The notes under the pieces are model-generated. The model saw only the letters and a program-made list of their open reading frames with translations. It was not told the origin of the DNA and did not search any database. Shown here in pieces: positions 20,401 through 27,958 of a stretch of DNA of 64,000 nt. Numbering within the stretch: the stretch's first letter is position 1; each line of letters starts with the position of its first letter. A program made the translations under genes and the position numbers. The stretch spans positions 64,001 to 128,000 of the IMG/VR virus record IMGVR_UViG_3300035670_000022, one strand, 5' to 3'. The DNA is from a virus.

Positions 20401-23400
20401 GCTCAGAGCAGAACCCACGTAAGTAGTAGGCTACTGCGTAAGCAGCTTTTTGAGCAGCACTACATTTCGTAGGGGGCTCTTGTCCCCGGAACAGCTCTTC
20501 AAAGACTGCCGTTTCGTTCAGCATCATGTCGTTTACGACTTCTTCTACTGTATAGAAGTCCTCGCTACGATTTCCGCTGGTCGGGTGATTTAACGCCTCG
20601 TACAGACTTTGTAGCTCTTCAGCGTAACCAGCTAGAACTTTGGGTTCTGCTTTAGCCGCAGGAGGTGTCGGAGGAGTAGAAGTGACAGGAGGAGTAGCGG
20701 GCGGAGCAGCTATTTTAGAAGGAGTAGAAGTAGCTACTTTAGAAGGAGTAGACTTTGTCACTTCCGCTTTAGACTTCACGCGACGACGACCACTCTTAGG
20801 TAGAGAAGTAGTAGTCTTAGCAGAGCGCTCTAAGAACGTGAAGTAGTTGTTATCGCTCCGGGGAGTTTCGAAGTCGATTAACTCTTCTACTACATCGCAC
20901 GGAACGAAGTAGGCTTCAATCCGGTCGCAGTACGGACGGTATTGTCCTTGACTGAGAACACCGTTCTCGTCTGGACGACGATTATCCGTCAGAATATCTA
21001 CTCGTCCGACGAGAAGCAAATAGTATTGCTCCACTTCTAACCCAGGGATGCCTCCATGTTCGCTCTGCAGGTTATCTAACGAGTTGTGGACAACGATCGT
21101 TTGCCCATGTTTTTCTAGAGCGGAAACAAACCGTGTATTTCCTGTGTACACGGCTTTACGGATGATGTTCCGAACGGAAGAAGCGGTAGCGCCTGCTTCC
21201 GCACGACCTGCGACTTTGTCTTTAAGGTCGTGCTCGTTATTAACCAACGACTCGAAGTTCATATGGTGCGACACCTTGTCGTTAAACACCACATTTTCGA
21301 TGTTGGTGTAGGCAGCATCGCGGAACTGCCAACTTGCCTTCTTGGCGTTGGCGATCGGAGCATACAAACGAGCCGGGGTCGCTCCGATAGTAGAAGCAGT
21401 CCAACCTTCTTTAGCTTCTTGTTTGTAGTCGAAGCCTAAGAAGTTGCTGATGGGCAGCACCCGATGTTTGCTGTCGTCCGCCGCAGCATATAACTCGGCA
21501 TAGTGCGGTTTTGCTTTCGGCACAGGGTTAAAGTGTGCGTTAGCGTTACACCGCTGCTCTCCGTAGCGACAGAGGACTACATAGAGAGGATCGCTCTCTT
21601 GAATGGGAGCTGCGTCTACGTGCATTAATGTGAACGCAGGGATGCAACCCATCTCTTCAGGAGACTTAGTAAAGTGCATAGGAGCACCTACTTTTATCTC
21701 CATGTTTTTGTTTGCGCTATTACTGGTGCGACGCTTCATTGTTTGCTCCTTATTAATGGTAGCCAGTCCTATTTCTAGGGGTGTTACGCCTAGTTCGCTG
21801 ACAATGTCAGACCATTTAGATCCGTTTGTCAGCAAGGACCGAATGTTGCTTGCTGTCTCAGCGTCTACCAAGTCAGCTGGGTCAAAATGACCAGCACGGT
21901 AGACCTCCAGCAAATAGCTGGCGACAGTATCATCCTTGGTCTCACTCTTCGCCTCCTTACGGTAGGTAGATGCCAAGTCTGCTAGCATGTCCTCTAGCTT
22001 TTCTTCTGTTTTCAAGACACGTGTCCAGATGTCAATCACGATCTTGTGACGATGACTTAGCTGATTTTGTTCAGCTTTTGGTTTTTCTGTCTTTTTACTC
22101 TTCTCTGTTTTTGCTACAGGCTGTTTGTTAGGCACCCCGTAGTTGAGAGCCACTTCTAGGGAAGTAACTCCCAATTCCGTCTCTAGGTCTTTATAGGCCA
22201 CTCCTTCTGCCTTCAGATCTTGAATCTGCTCGTGTATCTCTGTAGATACATAGGCAGAGCAGTCTACCAACCCAGCGTCGTATGCTTTCTTTAGATACCC
22301 GACGATGGTTGAGTATGCCGCCTCACTTTTGTTAATTGCTCGGTAGCGTCGGACTAAGGAGTCCAACTTCTGCTGCAGATCGACGTTTTTAGCGTCTATC
22401 TTCTCCCACAGTTCAGCTATCTGCTGAATTGATGATGGAGTTTTCTGTGCGGACGTGGTCGGAGTTCCTCGTTTTTTGGCATACTTACTCATTGGACGCG
22501 GAGTTTTGCTCCGCTTGAAGACCATAGTTGCCTCCGGTACACCCTCTGCCGATGCAGCACATCGTGCCTCGGCGAGAGCCATAAACTCGGCCGGTACGGC
22601 CACGGGTTCAGATTCTGAACCGTTCAGAATCTCAGCCATGATGGCTGTCCCTGCGGCGTAGGCGGCTTCTGCCTTTTGTTCTTCCGTCTTATTGGCTAGG
22701 TAGACGGTTTTGTCTACCTTTTTGATGTTGCCAATCATCTTCCGACCTTCCGCCGCCCGGCGACGGTTTTGGATAGCGAGAGGCAACTCCGCCTCCTCTT
22801 GGGCGCGAAGGGCCCGTTGGCGACGGACTACAGAAGCCGGGATGGGGGCCTCGGTGCCGTTCGCCAACCAAATGGCGTTGTTACCTGCACGGAGGGCAGC
22901 GGACTTAGCGGCTTTGGTGATGACCGCATACTTAGCCGCCCGCTCGGATGCAATGTAAGCAGCCAGGAGTTTAGCCTCCGCCCGACGTTGGGCTTTGGCT
23001 AGTTGCTTCTCATACCCGGACTTAGTCTGGGGTTTGAGGTTACGGCGTTGTACCGCTTTGTTGCGACGTTGACGTTTAACCCGCTGGGTGCGGGCAATTG
23101 ATTGATTCACAGTCATTGATTTACGGACACGACGACGTGCCCGGGTAGAGGTGGTACCAACAGTGGTAGCGATGTCGGCAATGACATCAGCTACGGCGAC
23201 CATTACGGTCACGTTGGCATAGGCAAAAGTGCCCACACCGCCTGCACGTTTTTGTGCAGTGCCTTTGCGGGGGGCAGTGAGACGGAGAACCGCGTCCAAG
23301 GTGAATGCGGCACGGTTAGCCGTGCGGCGCTCAGTGTAGTGAGCAGAGATGACATCAGAGATGTCATTGGCTACGGCACCAGCGAATGCCATAGTAGCAG

Positions 23401-24001
23401 CGGTAGTGAGGGTAGCAGGGGCAAAGCGTACAACTTTGTGCGCAGTGTAGACACGGGGAGCACCCGTGGGGGTGCTGACGGTGTGGGTAGGGGCAACCCA
23501 GGAGGGTGCCGGAGTGGTGAATACACCTTTGAATCCGGGGGCAGCTTGCTTAGGAGCAGCTTTGGGAGCCCACACTACACGAGTGTTCCAAGCTGCTGCT
23601 TGGGCTGCCATAGGGTCAGCAACACCCCATCCTTTGATCTCCGCCATGCGGAGGTCAATATCACCAGCAGCGGTGATAGCGTCAGCGGTAGCTACAGCGG
23701 CAGCTACAGAAGAGGAAGCAGGAGCCTTGTAGCCAGTCCAGGTGCGGACTACATCCACCTTCTTGCCTTTCTTCTGCACGTGTACGTGCACTTTCCCGTA
23801 GTAGGAAAGGAACTCTTGGCGGGGTAGGCGGGCACCTACCGCAGAGTTCTTAATTACAGCGCCGGCGTTCCAGCGTTGGCTGGAACGGCTCCAGCTGTTA
23901 GTGTGTACGGTGCGCGGGGAGACCTCACGGACAGCTTGCTGAATCGAGCGAGCGAAGAAAGAGATAACGGAAACGGAAACGGACATTTTGAAGTTAGACA
24001 T
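11453..24001 (-). CDS. 4182-aa polyprotein: putative single-chain double-psi-barrel RNA polymerase fused to SLOG, NADAR, AlkB-type 2OG-Fe(II) dioxygenase, DUF4326 and Pif1-like helicase domains
   Basis: KSRSVNK (aa ~1700), NRAP (aa 2191), GGDDDGD (aa 2265); SGSRSI/GDAAGVD (SLOG); FSNF/WEQVKVDVM/DTFWG/GKNMQG (NADAR); LHVD...HG...RYNVTVR (AlkB); YIGRP/CFCAPLPCHGD (DUF4326); GVGGGGKS/DEVSM/GDPMQ/KSQG (SF1B helicase). Confidence 0.75.
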   Translation of the reverse strand: MSNFKMSVSVSVISFFARSIQQAVREVSPRTVHTNSWSRSSQRWNAGAVIKNSAVGARLPRQEFLSYYGKVHVHVQKKGKKVDVVRTWTGYKAPASSSVAAAVATADAITAAGDIDLRMAEIKGWGVADPMAAQAAAWNTRVVWAPKAAPKQAAPGFKGVFTTPAPSWVAPTHTVSTPTGAPRVYTAHKVVRFAPATLTTAATMAFAGAVANDISDVISAHYTERRTANRAAFTLDAVLRLTAPRKGTAQKRAGGVGTFAYANVTVMVAVADVIADIATTVGTTSTRARRRVRKSMTVNQSIARTQRVKRQRRNKAVQRRNLKPQTKSGYEKQLAKAQRRAEAKLLAAYIASERAAKYAVITKAAKSAALRAGNNAIWLANGTEAPIPASVVRRQRALRAQEEAELPLAIQNRRRAAEGRKMIGNIKKVDKTVYLANKTEEQKAEAAYAAGTAIMAEILNGSESEPVAVPAEFMALAEARCAASAEGVPEATMVFKRSKTPRPMSKYAKKRGTPTTSAQKTPSSIQQIAELWEKIDAKNVDLQQKLDSLVRRYRAINKSEAAYSTIVGYLKKAYDAGLVDCSAYVSTEIHEQIQDLKAEGVAYKDLETELGVTSLEVALNYGVPNKQPVAKTEKSKKTEKPKAEQNQLSHRHKIVIDIWTRVLKTEEKLEDMLADLASTYRKEAKSETKDDTVASYLLEVYRAGHFDPADLVDAETASNIRSLLTNGSKWSDIVSELGVTPLEIGLATINKEQTMKRRTSNSANKNMEIKVGAPMHFTKSPEEMGCIPAFTLMHVDAAPIQESDPLYVVLCRYGEQRCNANAHFNPVPKAKPHYAELYAAADDSKHRVLPISNFLGFDYKQEAKEGWTASTIGATPARLYAPIANAKKASWQFRDAAYTNIENVVFNDKVSHHMNFESLVNNEHDLKDKVAGRAEAGATASSVRNIIRKAVYTGNTRFVSALEKHGQTIVVHNSLDNLQSEHGGIPGLEVEQYYLLLVGRVDILTDNRRPDENGVLSQGQYRPYCDRIEAYFVPCDVVEELIDFETPRSDNNYFTFLERSAKTTTSLPKSGRRRVKSKAEVTKSTPSKVATSTPSKIAAPPATPPVTSTPPTPPAAKAEPKVLAGYAEELQSLYEALNHPTSGNRSEDFYTVEEVVNDMMLNETAVFEELFRGQEPPTKCSAAQKAAYAVAYYLRGFCSERDKYACSTIDMPILDYDWQLSEIEGVITIIQDMMEVAGKKTKRSRNRKAVDIKGVLDFVEIDGMKALKIDGAAAFYFDDDGTVYDWRGRAFNSCLVVNGRKKTKEEKKADPKGSPYEVEIKLVTSLSMFMYFIWLVYLPILSNWSGSAGIFSTTLENVKSCLQKMGNIFKMTTDRVLDQNGAAHHLLINTFSTVMFKERTPLNSNGKWVALEGKAAKVLPERYSGVEADIDEEFQMIETAAVFDDSIEIAEVMDIVMEMAHEQYGLDFHHTKGQFVAGALGHVNLDLVSKHAPNLFAKIVSNFGCEIEAGKVIVNSLKAKKLLKRVSLWMAQAESVKDEQPSAAKLIDQKYATYGWLDKTAYAPSHVNLPGMSAFLGEQKDKPEANPDQRILIVRNTFDIVDGSPFDFTQTNVTGVIENTWDSVESEDGWMYVTPQDEVLVNGTGKEILFGVHGTIPIYHQHRVEGQLTYFRWRVVVGMDNSTEYLSIEYFIKRREFDMKSRSVNKSQFFTATPAILFNDLNSDLNSDEITVHGLHLQDSLKLDLGYAMCFIIANTAFYNEVETDVVKTLREYISDINRQLVGHENLVDGKPVLIIEPAAVAAGIYDEMYKYFDSIFGQARWLHWIQAEGMGRVMYDLYQEKVAAGLLPDTEENEKARKAAWYHVENYLEYLPELANLGDNLYVVSEQKEIEWESNILAFVLKDGKVVEVAQRGVMYLSVPEAQLYNVELFESSTVAEAVTTSVQLLPYIMSLSIVAGDDEDVLAEQRRMVSCGKEALYRAKALAAFNAGNTINPNLKVVSIIVDEEGICFGGDDTSNECQDLMDERLRKVGIEPGQIDPHQDNLFRLVAEATQDMVFVFETGEGKVSMWLPAMLAFSKLTRKSDDNLDFVSMFFFEILIPCINGGSEKQQIALNQVGGVLNSLATSKNSRKYFSGDKAVGAKRIGHPAIPVGEVWILETNVVSSPYQECLRSGIPLDRQSVAEGVITCGNRAPMPMGPIERVRLIEEVWEKVEVETETGKETVEVYLGQRRVPFADEVQDNTLLAYEISPVQFGVSAMSVNLDGGDDDGDNHFITHCKHLSLKHITTYEKVRELRSAAIGMDMFSPTCGDYAADHYTIKSYKDASVVINKLAEALPEKAMINSSDLVKYNFLAYSIQHVGVGVMYAAYMLGMLAVSIIGELDKLDLFGEDGVEGLSAFVPLELDKYRQTQINKLMLVLAEVYEIMLGGFSPGGVSLWERFLKPIMFGKSIYDGCSKQSVKIKDFANAEVTQELHGILSNWDDEFIRFDVAEAYDRLRSTRLDMPRTKTIDLMVLNLRECNVTDEVAVANCTVLETLLGEMRLERALEDKVEETLAELGANCELAEEVTIAMHLLQDYYVVKRGKETPTYGISYLLYTIFQGGRGNFYFGDTVIYQESIAWLNALKSHPTGAKVLQTNVPLMSLSQLDEVLGKEMYDYTQISTLEWSDADLNFFLKEIHSVEESKDNFFSVIHNFNDGITEEEEDDSDEDDSDGGVEPTDDEPNDDGDGGESVDSSDTEEDTSTEELEVNHTQVVISGSRSIKRLPEEALDVIDSYIDQGFNFNVGDAAGVDMLVQSYLFEQGVTNVRVWYSSRKGCRNNVGDFETYAVYGDFTARDEKMHRNCDESLVIWDGVSPGSKKNIKRVKNTTVINVAMLKAQQEVEAQQEHPADKDTWEGDCILFNSYTPTYKEFSNFLGAPCTYKGVEYATAEGAYQCAKVLNPSHALIKEFAAMNGKQAKAKGAKVRLRKDWEQVKVDVMYEVLLGKFSHEPARTQLLETEDIDLVHLSPWDTFWGVNKKRQGKNMQGVLLMKVRDALRTESDKEELTVYTEDGLYIQQSYCQDEGIYDELRAAIEETFEDGEKTRFTAKSYSYTCAGQQFWVWNKGKGRYLNTQPSGSPVVEMPNILKETAEKIVAQLDIFDGYEAQTCLINRYAGAQKLNLHVDKDEEVDAPIVSFSFGQSGIFQIDGEKYEVGDGDLIVFYGNKRYARHGYEGNEGGEGVRYNVTVRMVKPKSDSEPPTSSEGHCTMKVLNIKNGDSVFGEYIGRPGKGKKGSVLANKAVVGKHGTRKECYELYRVWLQEKVDANDSVVLNELARLYAEQKDLVCFCAPLPCHGDLIIEMLNWMVDTNHPALKPVDEAEVEAEVEAEVEADVDSSVSDVYSSLSYSDIKEALKEYRDAGHTVPKLNGKKEDLLAALIELDEAADEQPAVEVTTTPNQPEVIEPTSAAIKAEPMSTPDPGNQVAAMLLMILETVPDMPETLHTKITDLYKSIPVVLVETEKSTSTQDDSFDAAVPETEEDQSTGVYFDDDYEMDDEIPISNFVSLSSVKVVEDKPMTTEDASDVLTAPEESEDQIEDEDTSSDFEMYAPEDEPEDIPLSKAVSLKVETPTPVAEKQKSVEPKTVEVGSVKPVVNSKGKKIVPSLKKVRKHAQKKAKQEETKVQMEIEADRKRKPEALQAAIDAITNVNATIDEESYLPALETMTARQLDVVAEAINGSNIMLTGVGGGGKSYSVEVARHIFDLLKLPYVIVGSTGTSVMNVGGDGTINSMFGLKLGFEKTESKKCSEYEEYHLLKSDVKDSRFFKSAKNYLGKRPLMVIVDEVSMVDNRFLNIIEDAAIEEGINIQWLLVGDPMQFLPVKGSLFFEPVFIKGAKNNVSYGSFVKRRDFVMINLKHNIRADGDKAWVDCLNLLRMDRLQLTGVKGNLIKDRFDASVTTKAPEDAIHIYFNNIGVKRHNSRKTAEMIANGADNKSYRAHVTGKFGDWYLKKAYDGEKQEFVTIFNPIEEEMTFCVDMPVMIRKNIQNGGGALIAANGSTGVVTKLGKNSINVRLDTTKQVITLDYADFEGPKDKSGRPIGTFRQIPAHPCFAMTLMKSQGLTINRPGVLHMYYVSKGKVTAIPAQHKAALYVGPSRFPKADLVYFATDCEFNSELTSEQMWSMLVDSYHTSDIALDWMETQFS
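22613..22629. repeat. 17-bp palindrome, copy 3
   Basis: Exact sequence inside the 4182-aa gene; extends to 22610-22632. Confidence 0.85.
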
Positions 24002-24113
24002 AATAAATGCGCCCCTAATATGGCGCTTTAAGGTTTTTATTTAGACACTTCACTTTTGAGAGGCTGTGAGAACCTACAACGACTAATACGCCTCGTTGCT
24101 GGCAAGACAGCTT

Positions 24114-24347
24114 CTAGCCAAAGTACCGGGGGCTAGCCGTAGCTTTGCCCTCGGTGATGTTGGCAATGACGCTAAAAACAAAGTTGGGGGCCAGTTTAGC
24201 GGCCAAGGAGACCTCGGCCAAGATCGAGGCATAGGTATGCCCCGTAACTTGAGCGATTGCTCGCTCTACTGAGATGGCTACGCCGTAGGCGACGTAGAGT
24301 ACCGCCAAGACGGCGGTGTAGATGAACAGAATGTTGAGAATGTCCAT
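24114..24347 (-). CDS. Small membrane protein (paralog of 25256-25561)
   Basis: GGAG RBS before MDILNIL; TM helix; C-terminal RYF. Confidence 0.65.
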   Translation of the reverse strand: MDILNILFIYTAVLAVLYVAYGVAISVERAIAQVTGHTYASILAEVSLAAKLAPNFVFSVIANITEGKATASPRYFG

Positions 24348-24515
24348 AGTTGTTTCTCCAACTAGAGGTTTACATGTAGTTTTGAGTGGTTCTACAAACC
24401 AATCGGGACTAATAGCCCACCCGACTGGGCACAACAAAAGGGGACCCGCCTAAGCGAGACCCCTAGATAGACATAGCAAGCTATAATCTACTTATTCAAT
24501 TTAGAGGTAATAAGT

Positions 24516-25136
24516 ATGACTGATATAGCCCGCTTTGAGCAACCCCTTGACTTTGAAGTGCTTCAGCAAAGACTCCAAACAGAGGTTAAAGAGAAGAACG
24601 GAACATACTCTTGCACAATCCGTGGTGTTGCCCGTCTTCTCGGTATCAGTGCAGGCAGTCTTACAGATAACCGCGTGCTTGCTAATGGCTCTCCGCACGG
24701 ACTTCTGCAGAAGGTTAAACACTGTACGCTTGAAGAGTTGCCTTCTTCCTTGAAACCCATACAGGGCTTTGATTTCGCCGATCAGAAAGACGGCGCAAAG
24801 CGTACAGGGAGTCACTGCACTGACATGATGCTGCCTGAAATCGTAGTAAGTTGTATCATCAAATACTATGCCTATGATGCTCGTCTTAAAAGACCTCAGG
24901 CAGTGGTGTTGGATAATCTCTTTTCTGCTATGGGTATCCGTTCCTTCTTTGCTTCTTTGTTGAAGCAGGAGGAGTCGAAAGACGAACAGGTCGTGCATCC
25001 AGTAGCTGTAAAGACTACGCAACCCTGTGACTCCGATAACCGTGTAGCTGTGGTTAAAGAGGTCTTGGACGTACTCTCCAACTGCACCCCAGACTATAAA
25101 GAGAAAGCTCTCCTGACTCTGCTGGGTGTGATTTAA
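24516..25136 (+). CDS. Putative DNA-binding regulator (paralog of the N-terminal domain of 29460-30251)
   Basis: CTIRGVARLLG HTH-like segment; LPExVVSxxIKxYAYDAR; GAGG RBS; TATAAT upstream. Confidence 0.7.
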   Translation: MTDIARFEQPLDFEVLQQRLQTEVKEKNGTYSCTIRGVARLLGISAGSLTDNRVLANGSPHGLLQKVKHCTLEELPSSLKPIQGFDFADQKDGAKRTGSHCTDMMLPEIVVSCIIKYYAYDARLKRPQAVVLDNLFSAMGIRSFFASLLKQEESKDEQVVHPVAVKTTQPCDSDNRVAVVKEVLDVLSNCTPDYKEKALLTLLGVI

Positions 25137-25255
25137 AGAGTATTTGTTGCGGCTGTTACCTGGTTGGGTATCCAAGTCGGTCCAGAAGAACCCAGCCAAT
25201 ATGTTTAGCAGCTTCACCCACTGCATTGTGAGTACCTCGCGGTACAGGGGCAACA

Positions 25256-25561
25256 TTATTGAAAGTACCGCATGCTGCGTGCGGTAGGAGAAGGATTCAC
25301 CTTCTCCATCACATCCCACGCCCAGGTGGGGTTGCATACCCCCCAGACCCAGACGTGATTGATTCCGCCAGTGATGGCGGTGTATGCGCCTTTTAGGAGG
25401 GCAAGGGCCACTTCGTCTATGTGGTGCCCGGTGGACTCCCGCACGGAGCGGGCGACGCCGTAGCAAATAGCGTCGATGAAGTACAAAGCGATCAGCCCGA
25501 GGCAGACGCCCCAGGCTGTTAACAGAATCGTATCGAGAACAAACATCGTGAAATCAGACAT
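25256..25561 (-). CDS. Small membrane protein
   Basis: TM N-terminus; TGH and RYF motifs shared with 24114-24347; preceded by a hairpin cassette. Confidence 0.65.
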   Translation of the reverse strand: MSDFTMFVLDTILLTAWGVCLGLIALYFIDAICYGVARSVRESTGHHIDEVALALLKGAYTAITGGINHVWVWGVCNPTWAWDVMEKVNPSPTARSMRYFQ

Positions 25562-25809
25562 TTAATTAGAGGCCGGGGTAAAGAAGAGTCCGGATGTTCC
25601 TCGTAAAAAGGTGCCCCCTCTATATAGAGGGGGCACGGCTGTTATACCTAGGACTGAAGCAAGTCAGTCCTAGGGAACTCAGCCTACCTTTAAGAAGTGT
25701 TTGACCTGTTTCGAGAAACATTAAAGTTGATCACAGCCGTAGGTAAAGAATTGGTGGCTGTCCTCCTGTAAAAGGTGCCCCTATGCTTGTTAGGCACAGG
25801 GGCAATACT

Positions 25810-27183
25810 CTATATACGATTAAGCTCTACCATCGGTGGAGGTCCTGCGCGTCGGGACATCTCTGCGAGGACAACCTCGTGGCGGATTTGACGCTGCCAT
25901 GAGTATGAGTCGCAGAAGCGTTGGAAGTACACTAAACGATTGATGAGTGCACGGTCATCTAGTGTTGCGTACTGTTCCTCAACCTCGAGGCGGAACATCT
26001 CTTCCACCGTAAGGGCCTGTACTATCTCCTGAGGAGCTCGAGACTCGAAACCGCCTAGGGGAGCTTCATATGCCTCCTCGTCGAAGACCTCCCAGCCCCG
26101 GTGGGCGAGGGAGTTTGCTGTGGTGACAGGTGGTGTCTGCCATCCTTCTTTCCACTCTTCCAGCCGACCCATATCGGGAGTGTATTCTGGACAGACCTTT
26201 AGCCACTCATCCATGTGGTCTACCCACGTTTTGATGAGTTTGAGATTGTCCAGTACCCCTTGTGCAGAGGAAGGGGAGAGGAAGGCACGGATCTCCACCG
26301 TGTTTTTGTTCCCCTCATTCAAGGCCACATATCGTGACTCTGAATATTGGCGATACTCGCACCACTTATTGGGATACCGCCCACACAGGAGGCTGATATA
26401 GGGAGTTACAGACCCATCAAACAACCCTCGTAGAAACTCGAGTTGTTCTTGAGTCAAGCCCTTACGGCTCAAATGCACGTGCATCCCAACCCCGGAGTGG
26501 GCGTCGAGAGTGGTATTAGCCGAGAGCAGCTTATCGAAGCTGCTTGCCACCTCGGTAATACGACGAACCATATCGTCATAGGTATAGGGGAGAGTGACAT
26601 ACTCCCCGTCTACCGACGAATCAGCTTTAAAGATGCCCATCCCGAGCAAAGGATAGAGGTCCTGCAAAGAGTAGTTGGAGTGATTAAACTCCAGCTCCAC
26701 ACCGTACAACAACTCTTTCGAGTTGATTACCTCCTCCCGTTTGTGGGAGTGAGCAAGAGACAAGACGTCCTTGCTGTAATTCCACACTTTCTGCTCGGGC
26801 TGAGCAATGTCTCCATACCGTACAGCGGGGACATACTGCTGAGCGGAGGGAAGCAAAGATGCCACCTCCTCTATACAGACCTCGATGAGATCTGACAGAA
26901 TATGGTAGGCCTCCCCGTTTACGCCCATCTCAGGTAGACGTTGCGTGTCATACCCTCCGCATTCGACTCCATTCTCATTCACCTCCATATAGAAGGAGTT
27001 GGAGAATTCGTTATCCCCGAGGGAGATAACGATGGTTTGGGCAGCAGCGTTGGAGGTAGATACGAAAGACATAATTGATCCTGGCACTATTGCAGTTCCC
27101 GCATAGGTTAATAACCTGTCTTCTTTTCCACCGTGTATGGACAGGTAAACACGACAGACTTTGTTTGGAATCGCGTCTGCCAC
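25810..27183 (-). CDS. Putative amidoligase (COOH-NH2 ligase, Amidoligase_2-like)
   Basis: GVELEF, DSSV, GEYVT, GMHVHLS, RYVALN and TVEIRAF motifs. Confidence 0.8.
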   Translation of the reverse strand: MADAIPNKVCRVYLSIHGGKEDRLLTYAGTAIVPGSIMSFVSTSNAAAQTIVISLGDNEFSNSFYMEVNENGVECGGYDTQRLPEMGVNGEAYHILSDLIEVCIEEVASLLPSAQQYVPAVRYGDIAQPEQKVWNYSKDVLSLAHSHKREEVINSKELLYGVELEFNHSNYSLQDLYPLLGMGIFKADSSVDGEYVTLPYTYDDMVRRITEVASSFDKLLSANTTLDAHSGVGMHVHLSRKGLTQEQLEFLRGLFDGSVTPYISLLCGRYPNKWCEYRQYSESRYVALNEGNKNTVEIRAFLSPSSAQGVLDNLKLIKTWVDHMDEWLKVCPEYTPDMGRLEEWKEGWQTPPVTTANSLAHRGWEVFDEEAYEAPLGGFESRAPQEIVQALTVEEMFRLEVEEQYATLDDRALINRLVYFQRFCDSYSWQRQIRHEVVLAEMSRRAGPPPMVELNRI

Positions 27184-27414
27184 GATTACTTACGCCGGTT
27201 CAGATACAGCACCGGGAACTCTCCACTGATTTGACGTGTGTGTCGACACGACCTACTTAGATTTAGGTAGCTGAGCCATCTACCACCCTTTTACTCAGCC
27301 GGGCCTGGCCTATCCTCATACCCGTTGTTGGGTCGTAAAAAAAGCCCCTCTATATAGAGGGGCAGTCATATAGGTGCAGCTTATTTACCCTCCCCTGCAC
27401 TGGGAGACCAAGCA

Positions 27415-27537
27415 TTACTGCTTGGGTTGGAAGGCCTCTTTGGCCTTCTCTTCGAGTTGAGCTTCCTCCATAGCGGAGGGTGCGCGCCCCCCGCAGAAGA
27501 AGAAACCGAATAAAGCCAGAAGAATGAGCATTTCCAT
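27415..27537 (-). CDS. 40-aa membrane-anchored peptide (MEMLILLALFGFFFCGGRAPSAMEEAQLEEKAKEAFQPKQ)
   Basis: Located about 55 nt downstream of a hairpin cassette, like its neighbours. Confidence 0.5.
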   Translation of the reverse strand: MEMLILLALFGFFFCGGRAPSAMEEAQLEEKAKEAFQPKQ

Positions 27538-27640
27538 TTTCTAAAGCCGGTTGGTATAAAGAAGCAGCCTATGGCTGTGACCGGCATAAAAAAAGCCCCT
27601 ACACCTAGTGGTGTAGGGGCAAAGAGTGTACGAGTAGCTT

Positions 27641-27862
27641 CTATTCAGCTACCCGTACGAGGACTGCCAAGCAGTCCTCACGCTTGGGCCACCCGAAGGT
27701 GTGGGGGGTTGTGCATACCCACCCTTCTCCCAGACCGGGGAAAGAGGGGTCGCAGGTACCCCCCGTTTGCCCCCCGCAGGGGGCGTAGGCCCGGCCGATC
27801 GCCCGCCGGGCGATGGTGGTTGCGGGGGTGGTGGAAGCGGAGGTGTTGTTAGCGGTAGACAT
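27641..27862 (-). CDS. 73-aa Cys/Gly-rich small protein
   Basis: Follows a leader nearly identical to that of 25256-25561. Confidence 0.55.
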   Translation of the reverse strand: MSTANNTSASTTPATTIARRAIGRAYAPCGGQTGGTCDPSFPGLGEGWVCTTPHTFGWPKREDCLAVLVRVAE

Positions 27863-27958
27863 GGTAATAGAGGCCGGGGTAAAGAAGTATCCGGTTGTTC
27901 CTCATAAAAGGGGGCCCCTATACAGGGGGTTCCTGTATAGGGGGACGTGTTAGGTGGG

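Noticed and set aside
11820-23827. Many short ORFs within the 4182-aa gene
   Set aside because: Antisense or alternate-frame shadows
24501-25466. 321-aa minus-strand ORF
   Set aside because: Shadow of the plus-strand regulator, which has a paralog, RBS and promoter
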